This document shows, piece by piece, positions 36,483 through 45,721 of a DNA stretch of 47,017 nt. Position 1 is the first letter of the stretch, and each line of letters starts with the position of its first letter. The translations under genes were made by a program, and so were the position numbers. The notes beneath the pieces are model-generated. The model was not told the origin of the DNA and searched no databases. It saw nothing but the letters and a program-made list of their open reading frames with translations. The stretch covers positions 1-47,017 of IMG/VR virus record IMGVR_UViG_3300030397_000855; one strand, written 5' to 3'. The DNA comes from a virus. Lineage: Duplodnaviria > Caudoviricetes.

Positions 36483-36944
36483 ATGACTATAACTGTAAAA
36501 ATAACAGACAAGGACGTTGCCGCCTCGAATGCGGAGCCAGACAAATCAACTGGCGCGGGCCCATCGAATCCGTTGGAAGCCTTTCTAGCCAGGCACATTG
36601 GAAGCGCGGTGAAGCATGTAGCTTCTGGCGGAAAGTCGCTATCTTTCGTAAAGGCGAATGGCGACGTGATGACTGTCGAAGACGCTTTGAGCGACGAATT
36701 GGCCTATGCGCTCTCGTGCTATGTGAGCGACGCCGACGAAGAGTTGACCAAAAAGACTTGGGCAATCGAACTCAAAGACGACGCAGCTTCTCAGCTTGGC
36801 CTGCTGGGCGGAAAGGCAAAAGCGAACGCGAAGGCCAGTCCTCCATCGAAAAAGCCCGCGTCCAAGTCCAAGGCTGCGGCTAAGGCGAAGCCCAAGGCGG
36901 CGAGCGGCAAAAAGCCGTCGAGCAAAGTCCCCTCCCTGTTCTAG
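36483..36944 (+). CDS. Protein with a histone H1-like Lys/Ala/Pro/Ser tail
   Basis: AGGAG upstream; C-terminal KAKANAKASPPSKKPASKSKAAAKAKPK. Confidence 0.7.
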   Translation: MTITVKITDKDVAASNAEPDKSTGAGPSNPLEAFLARHIGSAVKHVASGGKSLSFVKANGDVMTVEDALSDELAYALSCYVSDADEELTKKTWAIELKDDAASQLGLLGGKAKANAKASPPSKKPASKSKAAAKAKPKAASGKKPSSKVPSLF

Positions 36945-36985
36945 GAAGGGGGGCGAATCAAAGATCAACTTAACCTAATAAAAAA

Positions 36986-38266
36986 ATGAATTACATCTAC
37001 AGTAAGCTCTCCACAGAGCCAATGTCTGGCCAACAGCTTGTCAAGGCCATCAAGGAATCCGATCCCAAGAAATACGCCGAAATCAGCGAGAAGATGGGGC
37101 AGGTCATTCTCTCTGAGAATGTTCTGAAGCATAATCCGCTTCAGATGGACGAGTTCACCAGCGAGCAGGCTGTCGCCTTTTATGAGGAGCTTGAAGCCGC
37201 CAATACTGAAACCGTGCAGGCGAAGGCTGAGAACGAAGCGAACGAGAGGATTTCCAAAGGCGTGAAGAGGTCAAAGAGGATCGCCTTGACGGCTGCAAAG
37301 AAGTTCTCTTCCGAGAGGAAGAAGCTTGAGAAGCAGCAAGTCGAGCAGGGCAAGAAGGCATTTTCGCTCCAGATAGTCCAAGACGGCGGGGTTGACGAGT
37401 ATCGCAGCCAGACAATTGAGCAATTGGTTGAGTCGGCGTTCGACACCGGAGCGGTGTCTATCACTGTCAAGAACGAGGAGAAGCTGACTCGCAAGGAGAT
37501 GGTAGGTCTGTTTGCCTATCTCGCCCAGCAGCAGCATACTGCGCCGTGGCGTTACGGCGAGGCTGGAATACTCCTGCGCGACAGGGCGGAGAGCTTGGGT
37601 ATCCAAAAGAGGGGTTGCATAGAGGCTGTATGCGAAGCCTTTGGAATCAGCGCACCCTCCGTTTACCAGTCGATCCACTTGTGCGAGATGATCCCCAACG
37701 TCGAGGACAGGACGAAGTTCGGATTCCCTTACACCTACTACAAGGAGGCGTTCATGCGGGACGGCATCGACTTCGAGTCAGGAATGAGGATTCTTGAGGA
37801 GATCAAGAGCCTCGTTGAGGCCAGCCATCCAGTCGATTCGTTCTTTGTCAGGGAGACCGCGAAGGAAACCGCTGCCCAGATCAAGGCTTATCAATCGTAT
37901 CAGGAGCGCAAGGAAAAGTCGGGAGATGACTTCGACGAGGATGAGCCTACATTCATGGACATTCAAGCGGCCATAACGAAGGTGACGAAGGGCAAGACCG
38001 AAAAGAAGAAGGATTCCGGCAAGCCGGAACGAGAAGCCGCCGTCGGGCTCGAAGCAGACCTTCTCATCGTTTGCACGGAGACCGGAAAGGCGAGATGGAT
38101 GCAGTCCAGGAATGATCTCACGACCGAGCTTACCACCAAGGCGTCTGAGGGCACGCTTTCAATTATCGACGTGAAGCAGGGGCTCATGTATTTCCAGAGC
38201 GGAGAGTGGCACGAAATTGAAGTGTTCGATTCCGCCGAGGAGATTTGCCAGGACAAGATCACTTGA
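36986..38266 (+). CDS. Hypothetical, probably DNA-binding, protein
   Basis: 426 aa, strong codon bias; WRYGE followed by HTH-like AVCEAFGISAPSVYQ. Confidence 0.6.
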   Translation: MNYIYSKLSTEPMSGQQLVKAIKESDPKKYAEISEKMGQVILSENVLKHNPLQMDEFTSEQAVAFYEELEAANTETVQAKAENEANERISKGVKRSKRIALTAAKKFSSERKKLEKQQVEQGKKAFSLQIVQDGGVDEYRSQTIEQLVESAFDTGAVSITVKNEEKLTRKEMVGLFAYLAQQQHTAPWRYGEAGILLRDRAESLGIQKRGCIEAVCEAFGISAPSVYQSIHLCEMIPNVEDRTKFGFPYTYYKEAFMRDGIDFESGMRILEEIKSLVEASHPVDSFFVRETAKETAAQIKAYQSYQERKEKSGDDFDEDEPTFMDIQAAITKVTKGKTEKKKDSGKPEREAAVGLEADLLIVCTETGKARWMQSRNDLTTELTTKASEGTLSIIDVKQGLMYFQSGEWHEIEVFDSAEEICQDKIT

Positions 38267-38269
38267 TCT

Positions 38270-40063
38270 ATGCGGATGGAGATTCCAAAGTGTGAGGCAG
38301 TCGAGACGGAAGACGGCACTGTTTTTTGCTTCGACTGCCTCACTACAGAGGAATTTAGATCAGACTTTAAGAGTCTTCCTGAAAAATCTCGGCAAAGGTT
38401 CCTTGCAGCGGGGTTCTCTTTCAGGAAAATAAAGGATAGCATCTACCTTAGATACAGGTCTGACAGTGAGATATTTGAAATCCCTGATTTAACAGTCCCG
38501 ACTGATGAGGTTGCGTTAAAGTATGATGCCAACTTTGATAAATTCTTCTGGCAGCCAAAGCAGATAGCTCATCATATCTCAGTCCTCTCGAACAGAAAAG
38601 TCACCGTAGACGCCAGTGAAACAGGCGTTGGAAAGACTTTCGTCTCCTTATCGGTGGCTAGGGAAATGGGACTTACTCCATTCGTGATATGCCCTGTATC
38701 TGTAAAGCATCAATGGAGAGACGCAATGGACTCTCTAGGGATGCAGTCCTATGGAGAAATTAGTTGGGAGTCATGCAAGCTCGGCAAGTCAGAATTCGGA
38801 GAGTTTGAATATAAGGAAAAAAAGTCTGAAGAAATTAAAAGGTTTGTAGATGGAAAGAAGATTTCAGACAGAGTGTTTAAAAAATATCAAGCGGCGGGCT
38901 CAGCGACATTCATAGTTCTCAAGGCCGGAGAATGGGACGAGAAATCAGCCAAAGCTGAGTCGAAGAGACTTGGATTCCGGCACGTAGTTACATTTAGGAC
39001 GGGCCAGAACAAGAGGGAGAGAACCAATTTCTTTAGGTGGCGCCTGCCCGAAGATGCTCTTGTAATCCTTGATGAGTTTCAGAAAGCATCTGGAGAAAAT
39101 AGCCAAGCCGCCCATATGGCAGCATGTCTTATCAATGCGCCTTGCAAGGTTATGATATTGACGGCCACATTGGCAAAAAGCCCGATCAAGATGTATGCCA
39201 GCGGTGTCCTATTAGGGCTTCATCAAGGCAGGTTAGAGTGGCGTGACTTTCTTTTAAGGAACGGATGCAAGCATATACCCGGTAGGGGTTTTGTATTTAC
39301 TAAGGTGAGAGAGCACGCGGATGCTATTCTTTCCGCAATAAGCTCTCATATCTTTCCCAAAAGGGGTATCAGAATATCTAAGTCCGAGATACCAGGCTTT
39401 CCTGAAGAGGACAATCAGCCGGTTGCACTAAATTTTGGTGAGAAGGAGACCAGAGAAATTGAAAAGATTTACTCTGAGATGGAGCTTGAGTTGAGGCAGC
39501 TTTCGCTTGCAGAAAGCAGTGATGGAAAATCAGAGTTGACTATCAGAATGCGTGCCAGGCAAAGGACTGAGCTAATAAAGCTTCCTCTTATTTTTGACTG
39601 GGTAAGTGACTTACTGGAAGAGGGCTATAGCGTGATAGTATTTACATGCTTTGAGCAGACTGTAAAATGTTGCCTAGAGCGACTTAACTGCGAAACTTAT
39701 ATAAACGGAAGCTTGAATCCTAAGCAGAAAAAAGTCATGCAGGATGAATTTCAATCCAACCGTTCACGTCTTCTTATATGCAATATAGCTAGCGGAGGCG
39801 CGGGACTCAATCTGCAAGACATGGATGGCCAGCACCCAAGGTTTAGCATAATATTTCCAGCGGAAGACCCAATTCACATAGTTCAGTCTATGGGCCGAGC
39901 CCCAAGGCCAGGAGCCGACGAGCCGTCTCTTACTACAAGCAGGATTGTTTACGCTGTAGGGACGGTCGAGGAGAGAGTCATGGATAAGAACTGGGAAGAG
40001 ATACAGAACATGTATCGTTTAAGCGGCGGGATGGACTGTAAACCTGATTTCGTGTATGCCTAG
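38270..40063 (+). CDS. SF2 (SNF2-like) helicase/ATPase
   Basis: ASETGVGKT, ICPVSVKHQW, ILDEFQ, LTAT, GGAGLNLQ, QSMGRAPRPG. Confidence 0.9.
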   Translation: MRMEIPKCEAVETEDGTVFCFDCLTTEEFRSDFKSLPEKSRQRFLAAGFSFRKIKDSIYLRYRSDSEIFEIPDLTVPTDEVALKYDANFDKFFWQPKQIAHHISVLSNRKVTVDASETGVGKTFVSLSVAREMGLTPFVICPVSVKHQWRDAMDSLGMQSYGEISWESCKLGKSEFGEFEYKEKKSEEIKRFVDGKKISDRVFKKYQAAGSATFIVLKAGEWDEKSAKAESKRLGFRHVVTFRTGQNKRERTNFFRWRLPEDALVILDEFQKASGENSQAAHMAACLINAPCKVMILTATLAKSPIKMYASGVLLGLHQGRLEWRDFLLRNGCKHIPGRGFVFTKVREHADAILSAISSHIFPKRGIRISKSEIPGFPEEDNQPVALNFGEKETREIEKIYSEMELELRQLSLAESSDGKSELTIRMRARQRTELIKLPLIFDWVSDLLEEGYSVIVFTCFEQTVKCCLERLNCETYINGSLNPKQKKVMQDEFQSNRSRLLICNIASGGAGLNLQDMDGQHPRFSIIFPAEDPIHIVQSMGRAPRPGADEPSLTTSRIVYAVGTVEERVMDKNWEEIQNMYRLSGGMDCKPDFVYA

Positions 40064-40502
40064 AAACAAGTTTCCAACAATAGACGTGGACTGGAGCCTT
40101 GTCGAGGCTCACTATTACCTCTTCCATCCGGTTGGCGGCGAGGTGAAATTTATATGTGAGACGTTCGATATAAATGAGCATACTCTGAGATCAAAGATTC
40201 GCAGAGGCAACTGGAAAGCCAATAAGGAAGCCGTCATAAAGTCTATACGGAAGGAATCAATGATGCGGCTATGGGCTAATACCGCCGAGCACTACACCAG
40301 CATATTAATGAAGAAGCTTTCCGAGGCCTCAGTAGTATTGGAAGACGTTGAGGTTACAGAGGAAAACATGACGACCTATTTAAGGCAGCTTAAAGCTTAT
40401 AATGATTTGATGAAGCAGGTCTTTGGGACTGACAAAGTAAAAGAGGCTCAGAGCAGAATGTCTGAAATGCAAATAGACAAATCTAAGCTTGCTGCCGAAT
40501 GA
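40056..40502 (+). CDS. HTH protein, terminase small subunit-like
   Basis: ICETFDINEHTLRSKIRRGNW N-terminal HTH plus two long helices, 148 aa. Confidence 0.5.
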   Translation: MPRNKFPTIDVDWSLVEAHYYLFHPVGGEVKFICETFDINEHTLRSKIRRGNWKANKEAVIKSIRKESMMRLWANTAEHYTSILMKKLSEASVVLEDVEVTEENMTTYLRQLKAYNDLMKQVFGTDKVKEAQSRMSEMQIDKSKLAAE

Positions 40503-40527
40503 CGGGATCGACTGTCGATTTCAAATT

Positions 40528-40550
40528 AGATTATGGTTCAACCATAATCT
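40528..40550. repeat. Palindromic element copy 3 (AGATTATGGTT-C-AACCATAATCT)
   Basis: Perfect 11-bp arms at the convergent junction of the late/middle and early arms. Confidence 0.95.
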
Positions 40551-40885
40551 CAATAAAATTCAACTAGCTCTGAATGCCTTATTGTGAAGTCGGATTCATC
40601 AATGTCTTCGTCGAGGCTTGCAAGATGAGATACGGCCTTTTTGGCGTCGGGCTCAGTATAGCAGAAGCATGTATACCAATACTGGCATGTTACGCCTTCC
40701 CATTTGCTTGAGAAAGCATCTTTGAGAGTCTTGAATTCCTTCTTCTTCCGGCTGAAAACTCTCTTCCCGCCAGAGTCCCTAGCGAGTGTAACGTCGCCTT
40801 CTATGGGGCCTGTAAAACGGTAAACGTGCTTAAAAACCGCAAAGCAGTCAGTCACTCTTGAAAACTCGCCGTAATCACTCTGCAT
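40550..40885 (-). CDS. Hypothetical early protein
   Basis: Part of a tightly packed minus-strand array. Confidence 0.55.
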   Translation of the reverse strand: MQSDYGEFSRVTDCFAVFKHVYRFTGPIEGDVTLARDSGGKRVFSRKKKEFKTLKDAFSSKWEGVTCQYWYTCFCYTEPDAKKAVSHLASLDEDIDESDFTIRHSELVEFY

Positions 40886-41679
40886 TTATCCGTGCCTAGA
40901 ATCAGAACTTTCGTTCCAGTAAAATCTTTAGCAGTCATTAGAAAGCCTTCAGAGTCGCCCAGCCTGTAAAGAATCTCCATCGCGTTTGAAACGTCTTGCA
41001 GAGAGAACGTCCCTATATTTACAGCCGTTTCTTCATTCACGCCCGCTGTAAGATCGAATGCAACGCTCCTGCCCTCGCTGTCGTCGCCATCAAATCTTGT
41101 TTGAATTCCCCTGATACTCTCGATGAATTCTGCCCTTGGCTTTTCTGTTATTCCAGACGCATTCCAAGATTTGAGAGAAATCTGAACGCACTCATAAAGT
41201 CTTGGTATGTCGAATTCAATCTGTCTACTCCAGGAGTTTATGCCATTCAGGTAAGCGTGTATGTCTGGAAACTCTGCAATATCTTCAAGGGGATTTTTTA
41301 ACTCCTTCTTATTGCTGAAAAACTTAGGAATTGGCGGCCCATCGCCAAGGAGCACGGCGCAAACTGAATGTCCATTGTGGCACATGTAGGAATCGCTATC
41401 GCGCCTCAGATATTTTGACATTCTGATGCCGCGTTTTTCTCTAAACTTAAATGTCGCCCTAAGCATAGATTCGCTGTCGAGCCTTCTCATTCTCGAAAGC
41501 TTTGGAATCGAAAAAAGATCATCGCTTGTGTTTGCGATAAGCTCCCACTTCGTTGCTGAAAATTTCTGGACGACGCTCCTTTCGTCCTCGCCACGCTGAG
41601 AAAGCCATTGCCGCGCTTCCTTTATTGACTTCGTTTGAGAGTATTCTTTCTCTCCTTCTTTAAGACTGAAAGTTGTCAT
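40852..41679 (-). CDS. Hypothetical protein with a possible sliding-clamp (beta-clamp)-like region
   Basis: CHNGHSV, EFPDIHAYL, FDIPRLYECV and FSLQDVSNAM echo the beta-clamp motifs ATDGHRL, FPDY, D..L..AL and FN..YL.D in order. Confidence 0.4.
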   Translation of the reverse strand: MTTFSLKEGEKEYSQTKSIKEARQWLSQRGEDERSVVQKFSATKWELIANTSDDLFSIPKLSRMRRLDSESMLRATFKFREKRGIRMSKYLRRDSDSYMCHNGHSVCAVLLGDGPPIPKFFSNKKELKNPLEDIAEFPDIHAYLNGINSWSRQIEFDIPRLYECVQISLKSWNASGITEKPRAEFIESIRGIQTRFDGDDSEGRSVAFDLTAGVNEETAVNIGTFSLQDVSNAMEILYRLGDSEGFLMTAKDFTGTKVLILGTDKCRVITASFQE

Positions 41680-42052
41680 TGATGAATATACTCCTTATTT
41701 CGTGTCGTTCAGATGATTCGTTTATACACTGTAGCGCGACACGAGCCATGATTGAAAACGTTGTTTGAACCAAAGAGATTGAAGCTATCTTTTCTTCTAT
41801 TTTGATTGGATAAGGGTGCCCTATTCCCTCAATGGAAAGAGACCAGAACAGATTCCAAGAGATTCCATTGCTCCTCTCAAACTCAAGGAAGAGGCCAACT
41901 CCCTCATTGTTCTTTAAGAACAGCGAAATGTGATCTCCGCTGTTAATATCGAAGTTTATAAGAAAGAAGTCAAGACTGTCGCCCTGCGCGTTCTTGAAAG
42001 ACCTAGCCTTAGCGAAGTCAGCTTTCTGCAAGTCATGTTCCTTTTCATTCAT
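41660..42052 (-). CDS. Hypothetical early protein
   Basis: Start MNEKEH forms an ATGA overlap with the upstream stop. Confidence 0.55.
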   Translation of the reverse strand: MNEKEHDLQKADFAKARSFKNAQGDSLDFFLINFDINSGDHISLFLKNNEGVGLFLEFERSNGISWNLFWSLSIEGIGHPYPIKIEEKIASISLVQTTFSIMARVALQCINESSERHEIRSIFINDNFQS

Positions 42053-42414
42053 GCCGAGTTGATCCTCTGTATTTCTGTAGGCTTGTGTTGTTGTGCGCAA
42101 ATTGAGTCGAACTGATCCCTGAAAAAAGTATCACCGAAGCTAGTTGATTCAGAGAACTGGTATCTTATTTTTAATGGAGTTGTATCCTCTATAAGCCTAC
42201 TAACGGAAAGCACGACCTCGCAATCATCTCCGCACAGAACCTCTACTTTAGGCGACTTTCCTAGTTCTTTTGAGGCAATGTCCATAATGAATCTGCAAGC
42301 CTCTTCAAACGCTAGGACTATGCAGTCAAATTCCCTCTCTTCTCCAATATCCCTGTAATAGGGCGAAGAGCCTATATTTACGCAATATCTCAGCGTGAAT
42401 TTTAGATCGCTCAT
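42049..42414 (-). CDS. Hypothetical early protein (paralog family 1)
   Basis: Coupled ORF; EFDCIVLAFEEA motif. Confidence 0.6.
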   Translation of the reverse strand: MSDLKFTLRYCVNIGSSPYYRDIGEEREFDCIVLAFEEACRFIMDIASKELGKSPKVEVLCGDDCEVVLSVSRLIEDTTPLKIRYQFSESTSFGDTFFRDQFDSICAQQHKPTEIQRINSA

Positions 42415-42797
42415 GGCAGAACAGTAGGCGGACTAAGGTTGATTGAAGGCCCTCCGAATGCGTAATGAACAACTTGAGGACGAAATTTATTGTCTCTCTT
42501 CGGGCAGTTCGAGACCGTAACGAAATTGCTTGAAACTCCGTGATTAATCATAACGGCTACTGCATTCTTTGAAGTATCCTCATCAAGCTCGACGATATTC
42601 ATCATGCGCAAGACATCTCCCGCAGCACTTGCCGCATCCTTTGGATCGTCGAATTTTTCAATCTGCTGGCCTGATTCAACAGTTCCCCAATTGCTTTTAT
42701 CTGCATCGCTGCAATCAAAGGTTTTCCAAGTCGCTCGTAGCGGGAAAGCAGGATCGAAATTTTTCGTTATGGATATTGAGTATGGCATTTCAATCAA
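42411..42797 (-). CDS. Hypothetical early protein (paralog family 1)
   Basis: PYSISITKNFD...KFDDPKDAASAAGDVL. Confidence 0.6.
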   Translation of the reverse strand: MIEMPYSISITKNFDPAFPLRATWKTFDCSDADKSNWGTVESGQQIEKFDDPKDAASAAGDVLRMMNIVELDEDTSKNAVAVMINHGVSSNFVTVSNCPKRDNKFRPQVVHYAFGGPSINLSPPTVLP

Positions 42798-43155
42798 AGA
42801 TTGTTGCTCTGAGCTTTTGGCCCCTTACATCGCACAGGCCCAGATAAACGATACTGAAGTCGCCATAACCGCGAAGAGGAAGGAACACCACCAGCTCAAC
42901 CTCGTCTTCAGAGCCTTCCGTGTTGACTATCCTCACTCCAGGCTGATTCGATCCCTGCATTCCATGAAGGACGAAAGCAGCGGTTTCTAGGGCCTCTTTT
43001 GCGTCGAGGTATTCTGCCTGAGACTTGTGTAAATCGTCTTCGGGCTCTTCGTAGACGGTTTCTTCGCTGCCAGTCCACCAGAACCAGTCGCCTGAATTCG
43101 GCGCTGAGTCATCGAACTGTGCATTGAATTGGATTTTATACGGCTTCTTTTTCAT
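42790..43155 (-). CDS. Hypothetical early protein (paralog family 1)
   Basis: PYKIQFNAQFD...EYLDAKEALETAAFVL. Confidence 0.6.
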   Translation of the reverse strand: MKKKPYKIQFNAQFDDSAPNSGDWFWWTGSEETVYEEPEDDLHKSQAEYLDAKEALETAAFVLHGMQGSNQPGVRIVNTEGSEDEVELVVFLPLRGYGDFSIVYLGLCDVRGQKLRATIFD

Positions 43156-43158
43156 GGC

Positions 43159-43470
43159 TTAAATTAAGGGTTGCTCATAGCAGACTTGGGTTTGGGTTAT
43201 CGTCAACTCTCCCGACTTGCAGACCTGCCATATGCAAGTCGCAATTATCCGCCTGCAAATTGAGATTCTAATGTCTTGAAATTCGCACTCTCCAAAGTCA
43301 ACGATTGTTACAAGGGTGTCCCTAAGAGTTACTTCAGTTGAGCACTTTCTTACGCTCAAGACGCCAGTCCATTCTTTCACAAGGTCGTGGTAAACTTTGT
43401 GGAAATCGTCTTCGCTAACTCCCTCGACAAGCACTAGTCTTTTTATCGGTATTTCAAATGATACTACCAC
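43159..43470 (-). CDS. Hypothetical early protein
   Basis: GTG start with AGGAG upstream. Confidence 0.55.
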   Translation of the reverse strand: MVVSFEIPIKRLVLVEGVSEDDFHKVYHDLVKEWTGVLSVRKCSTEVTLRDTLVTIVDFGECEFQDIRISICRRIIATCIWQVCKSGELTITQTQVCYEQPLI

Positions 43471-43536
43471 AACTCTCCTGAATAAAGGTTTAGCATAAAT
43501 GTTATGACGCCGGAGCCGACAATGGCGAAAGCAATC

Positions 43537-43848
43537 TCAACCAAAGATGGTATTTCCGTCATCATCAATTTCAAAGCTGAATTCGATTGTTTGCCTGTAG
43601 TCCATAGCGTTGCACTTGGGCCAAGAGATGATGTAGTCTAAAGAATGTTCTTTGGGAACAATTGAAATCTCTGTGCTTGTGTAGCTAGAGCCTACGCGGG
43701 GCGTAACGCCGTCAATCGTTCTTACGAATCTCCATGTTTGAGGGCTTCTAAGATCAATGCTTGAAGTTCCCTTGTGCAGGACATTGCGAATCCCGCCTTC
43801 GTGAAAGCCAATTTCTTTTACTTTCGCTATAAAATCCTTCTTCTTCAT
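43537..43848 (-). CDS. Hypothetical early protein
   Basis: Coupled ORF. Confidence 0.6.
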   Translation of the reverse strand: MKKKDFIAKVKEIGFHEGGIRNVLHKGTSSIDLRSPQTWRFVRTIDGVTPRVGSSYTSTEISIVPKEHSLDYIISWPKCNAMDYRQTIEFSFEIDDDGNTIFG

Positions 43849-44147
43849 TTATCGAATACTGTTTTTTCGTTTGGATGTAGTTTTCTCACAACCGCCATTT
43901 GAGACTTTGTGATGCCGCAAAAGTATCCGTCGCACTCAAGTTCAGAGCAAGCTTCAAGAAATCTTTGGAATATAGGAAGGCCGTCCATCTTAATGAACGT
44001 GAATAGCTCTATAAGGTCTACAGGATCGACGAGAACCGTTGCGTATCCGATTTCCTGATAAAAGAGCTTCCTCCTAGCTCTGTCGAGCCTAGAGAGCCTT
44101 TTTGTTTGCGATCTTGCAGCAAATTCGCTTATGTCGATTTCTTGCAT
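43845..44147 (-). CDS. Hypothetical early protein
   Basis: Coupled ORF. Confidence 0.55.
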   Translation of the reverse strand: MQEIDISEFAARSQTKRLSRLDRARRKLFYQEIGYATVLVDPVDLIELFTFIKMDGLPIFQRFLEACSELECDGYFCGITKSQMAVVRKLHPNEKTVFDK

Positions 44148-45073
44148 GTTTCCGCCCTCTTAGCTATACGCTCCTCGGCAATCTGAATGATCTCGCCATC
44201 TTGACGAATTGGCTGCCCGTAAGTAGTGCGCCCCCACCAATAGCTTTGTCCTTCAGACAAGACCGGAAGCCCCCAACGCTTCAAATCCATGTAGAAAGCG
44301 CACTCAACGCGAAGCCAATAGAAAATCTCGTGCTGCTGAGGCTCAAACCCGTATTCCTCAGCTATTTCAAGGAGGTCGTCGTCGTCGTCGTCTTCCTTGG
44401 CTTTTAGGAAATCCTCCCATTCTTCCGATTCTTCATCGAAACCGCTTTGGCCGCTCTCAAGATAGTCAATCGTTGTTACGGAGCGATTATCCTCCAAGTT
44501 TTCCACGCTATCCCATCCGTAGCATGAATCTGAAGATTCATTTTCGAGCATCGATTCTATCAGTGGACATTGACAAATGATTTCGCGCTCGATCCCGTCA
44601 AGCTCTCTTTGAAGTCGGCAACGCTTTATCCACAATTCGGCAGCCAGCTTGATCTGCTCGCAATCGCGGCCTGAAACGCCCTCCTCAGTATTGCCCCAAT
44701 ATGTTGCACCCATGCACTCTACCGTGACAATTCCGCACATAATGTGGAACATTTCTGCAAGCTCATCGCCAATCTGAATCCAAGCATGAACTTCTTTTTG
44801 CGCTGGCTCGAATCCGCAATTAATAGCAAACTCAAGCCGCTCAGAGTCTTCAGTGAGCGCGTCGTAAAGGGCTTCGGTTTCAGGATGGACTAGATCAGCG
44901 GATTCGCGCCAAGCCGCAACGTCTTCGGGCGAATCCATAGTTAAGTTTTGAACATCGCTCCAGTCTGGGTGAACGTGACATTCGCTTGAGTTAAGCAGAG
45001 CTTCGACGCACTCAGTTCTATCTTGCCCAAGCTGCCCTTGGATGAATTCTTCTTCCGTAGCGTAATTTCTCAT
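44129..45073 (-). CDS. Highly acidic early protein with an internal two-domain duplication
   Basis: W..V.NL...GFEP.Q.E[VI]..W...WG.T..G occurs twice; poly-Asp tract. Confidence 0.75.
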   Translation of the reverse strand: MRNYATEEEFIQGQLGQDRTECVEALLNSSECHVHPDWSDVQNLTMDSPEDVAAWRESADLVHPETEALYDALTEDSERLEFAINCGFEPAQKEVHAWIQIGDELAEMFHIMCGIVTVECMGATYWGNTEEGVSGRDCEQIKLAAELWIKRCRLQRELDGIEREIICQCPLIESMLENESSDSCYGWDSVENLEDNRSVTTIDYLESGQSGFDEESEEWEDFLKAKEDDDDDDLLEIAEEYGFEPQQHEIFYWLRVECAFYMDLKRWGLPVLSEGQSYWWGRTTYGQPIRQDGEIIQIAEERIAKRAETCKKST

Positions 45074-45136
45074 CGCTTCTACAATGAAGTGTTAAAATGT
45101 GAAGTCGCGGGGAAATTCAATTGCGACTATGAGGGA

Positions 45137-45165
45137 ACTATAAAACAACCGAGGGGAAAAGTCAA
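45137..45165 (-). promoter_or_regulatory. Sigma70-type early promoter
   Basis: On the minus strand: TTGACT (45165-45160), 17 bp, TATAGT (45142-45137), with A-tract UP-like sequence upstream. Confidence 0.8.
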
Positions 45166-45182
45166 CAGTTTTTTAAAACTTT

Positions 45183-45197
45183 TTTAGTTCAACTAAA
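45183..45197. repeat. Variant palindrome TTTAGTT-C-AACTAAA
   Basis: Perfect 7-bp arms with the same GTT-S-AAC centre as the main element. Confidence 0.6.
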
Positions 45198-45495
45198 TTC
45201 TTTGCACGATAACGAAGCCATTGCACCAAACGTGAGATACTCCAAAGTCAGAGAAGAGCGCGGAAATGATATGCCGCTTAGTCGCGCCGGTAAAAGGGAA
45301 TGCGCTTGCTTGAAAGCGGATGGAATCAAGAACCTCGCATTCAATCCAGCATGGTCTCTGGCCAATGTTTTGGCATGACAATTTGAAGGCATGACGATCC
45401 CATGCGAAATCCTGACTGGCTGCACCTCCCCAAGGTTGGAAGTCATACTGTTCGATGCCTAAAGCTGCTATGTGCTCTATGTAGTTCGCTTTCAT
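45193..45495 (-). CDS. Hypothetical early protein
   Basis: 100-aa ORF bracketed by palindromes. Confidence 0.6.
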   Translation of the reverse strand: MKANYIEHIAALGIEQYDFQPWGGAASQDFAWDRHAFKLSCQNIGQRPCWIECEVLDSIRFQASAFPFTGATKRHIISALFSDFGVSHVWCNGFVIVQRI

Positions 45496-45496
45496 T

Positions 45497-45515
45497 TTTA
45501 TGGTTGAACCATAAA
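45497..45515. repeat. Palindromic element copy 4 (TTTATGGTT-G-AACCATAAA)
   Basis: Perfect 9-bp arms, 1 nt upstream of the ATG at 45495. Confidence 0.95.
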
Positions 45516-45520
45516 TTGAG

Positions 45521-45721
45521 TTAGGGACTTCCGGTAGAAGGTTTTGCCTTTCCCGTTTTCCATTTTGCCTGGCCTTTTCCGAGCTTATACATCCAACCTG
45601 GCTGAAGATTCATTCTTTCCAAGTGATCTGAAAGCTTATGCTCACAACCAGTCCAGTTGTGAGAGAACCTCCATTTAATCCCCATTTCGTCGTTCTTCTC
45701 AAGTATTCTGAACGTCTTCAT
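45521..45721 (-). CDS. Hypothetical early protein (paralog family 2)
   Basis: WRFSHNWTG motif. Confidence 0.55.
   Translation of the reverse strand: MKTFRILEKNDEMGIKWRFSHNWTGCEHKLSDHLERMNLQPGWMYKLGKGQAKWKTGKAKPSTGSP

Noticed and set aside
8523-40502. Stop-codon reassignment, and the many antisense ORFs of 60-200 aa
   Set aside because: Genes are full length and tightly packed under the standard code; the antisense ORFs are shadows of codon-biased genes
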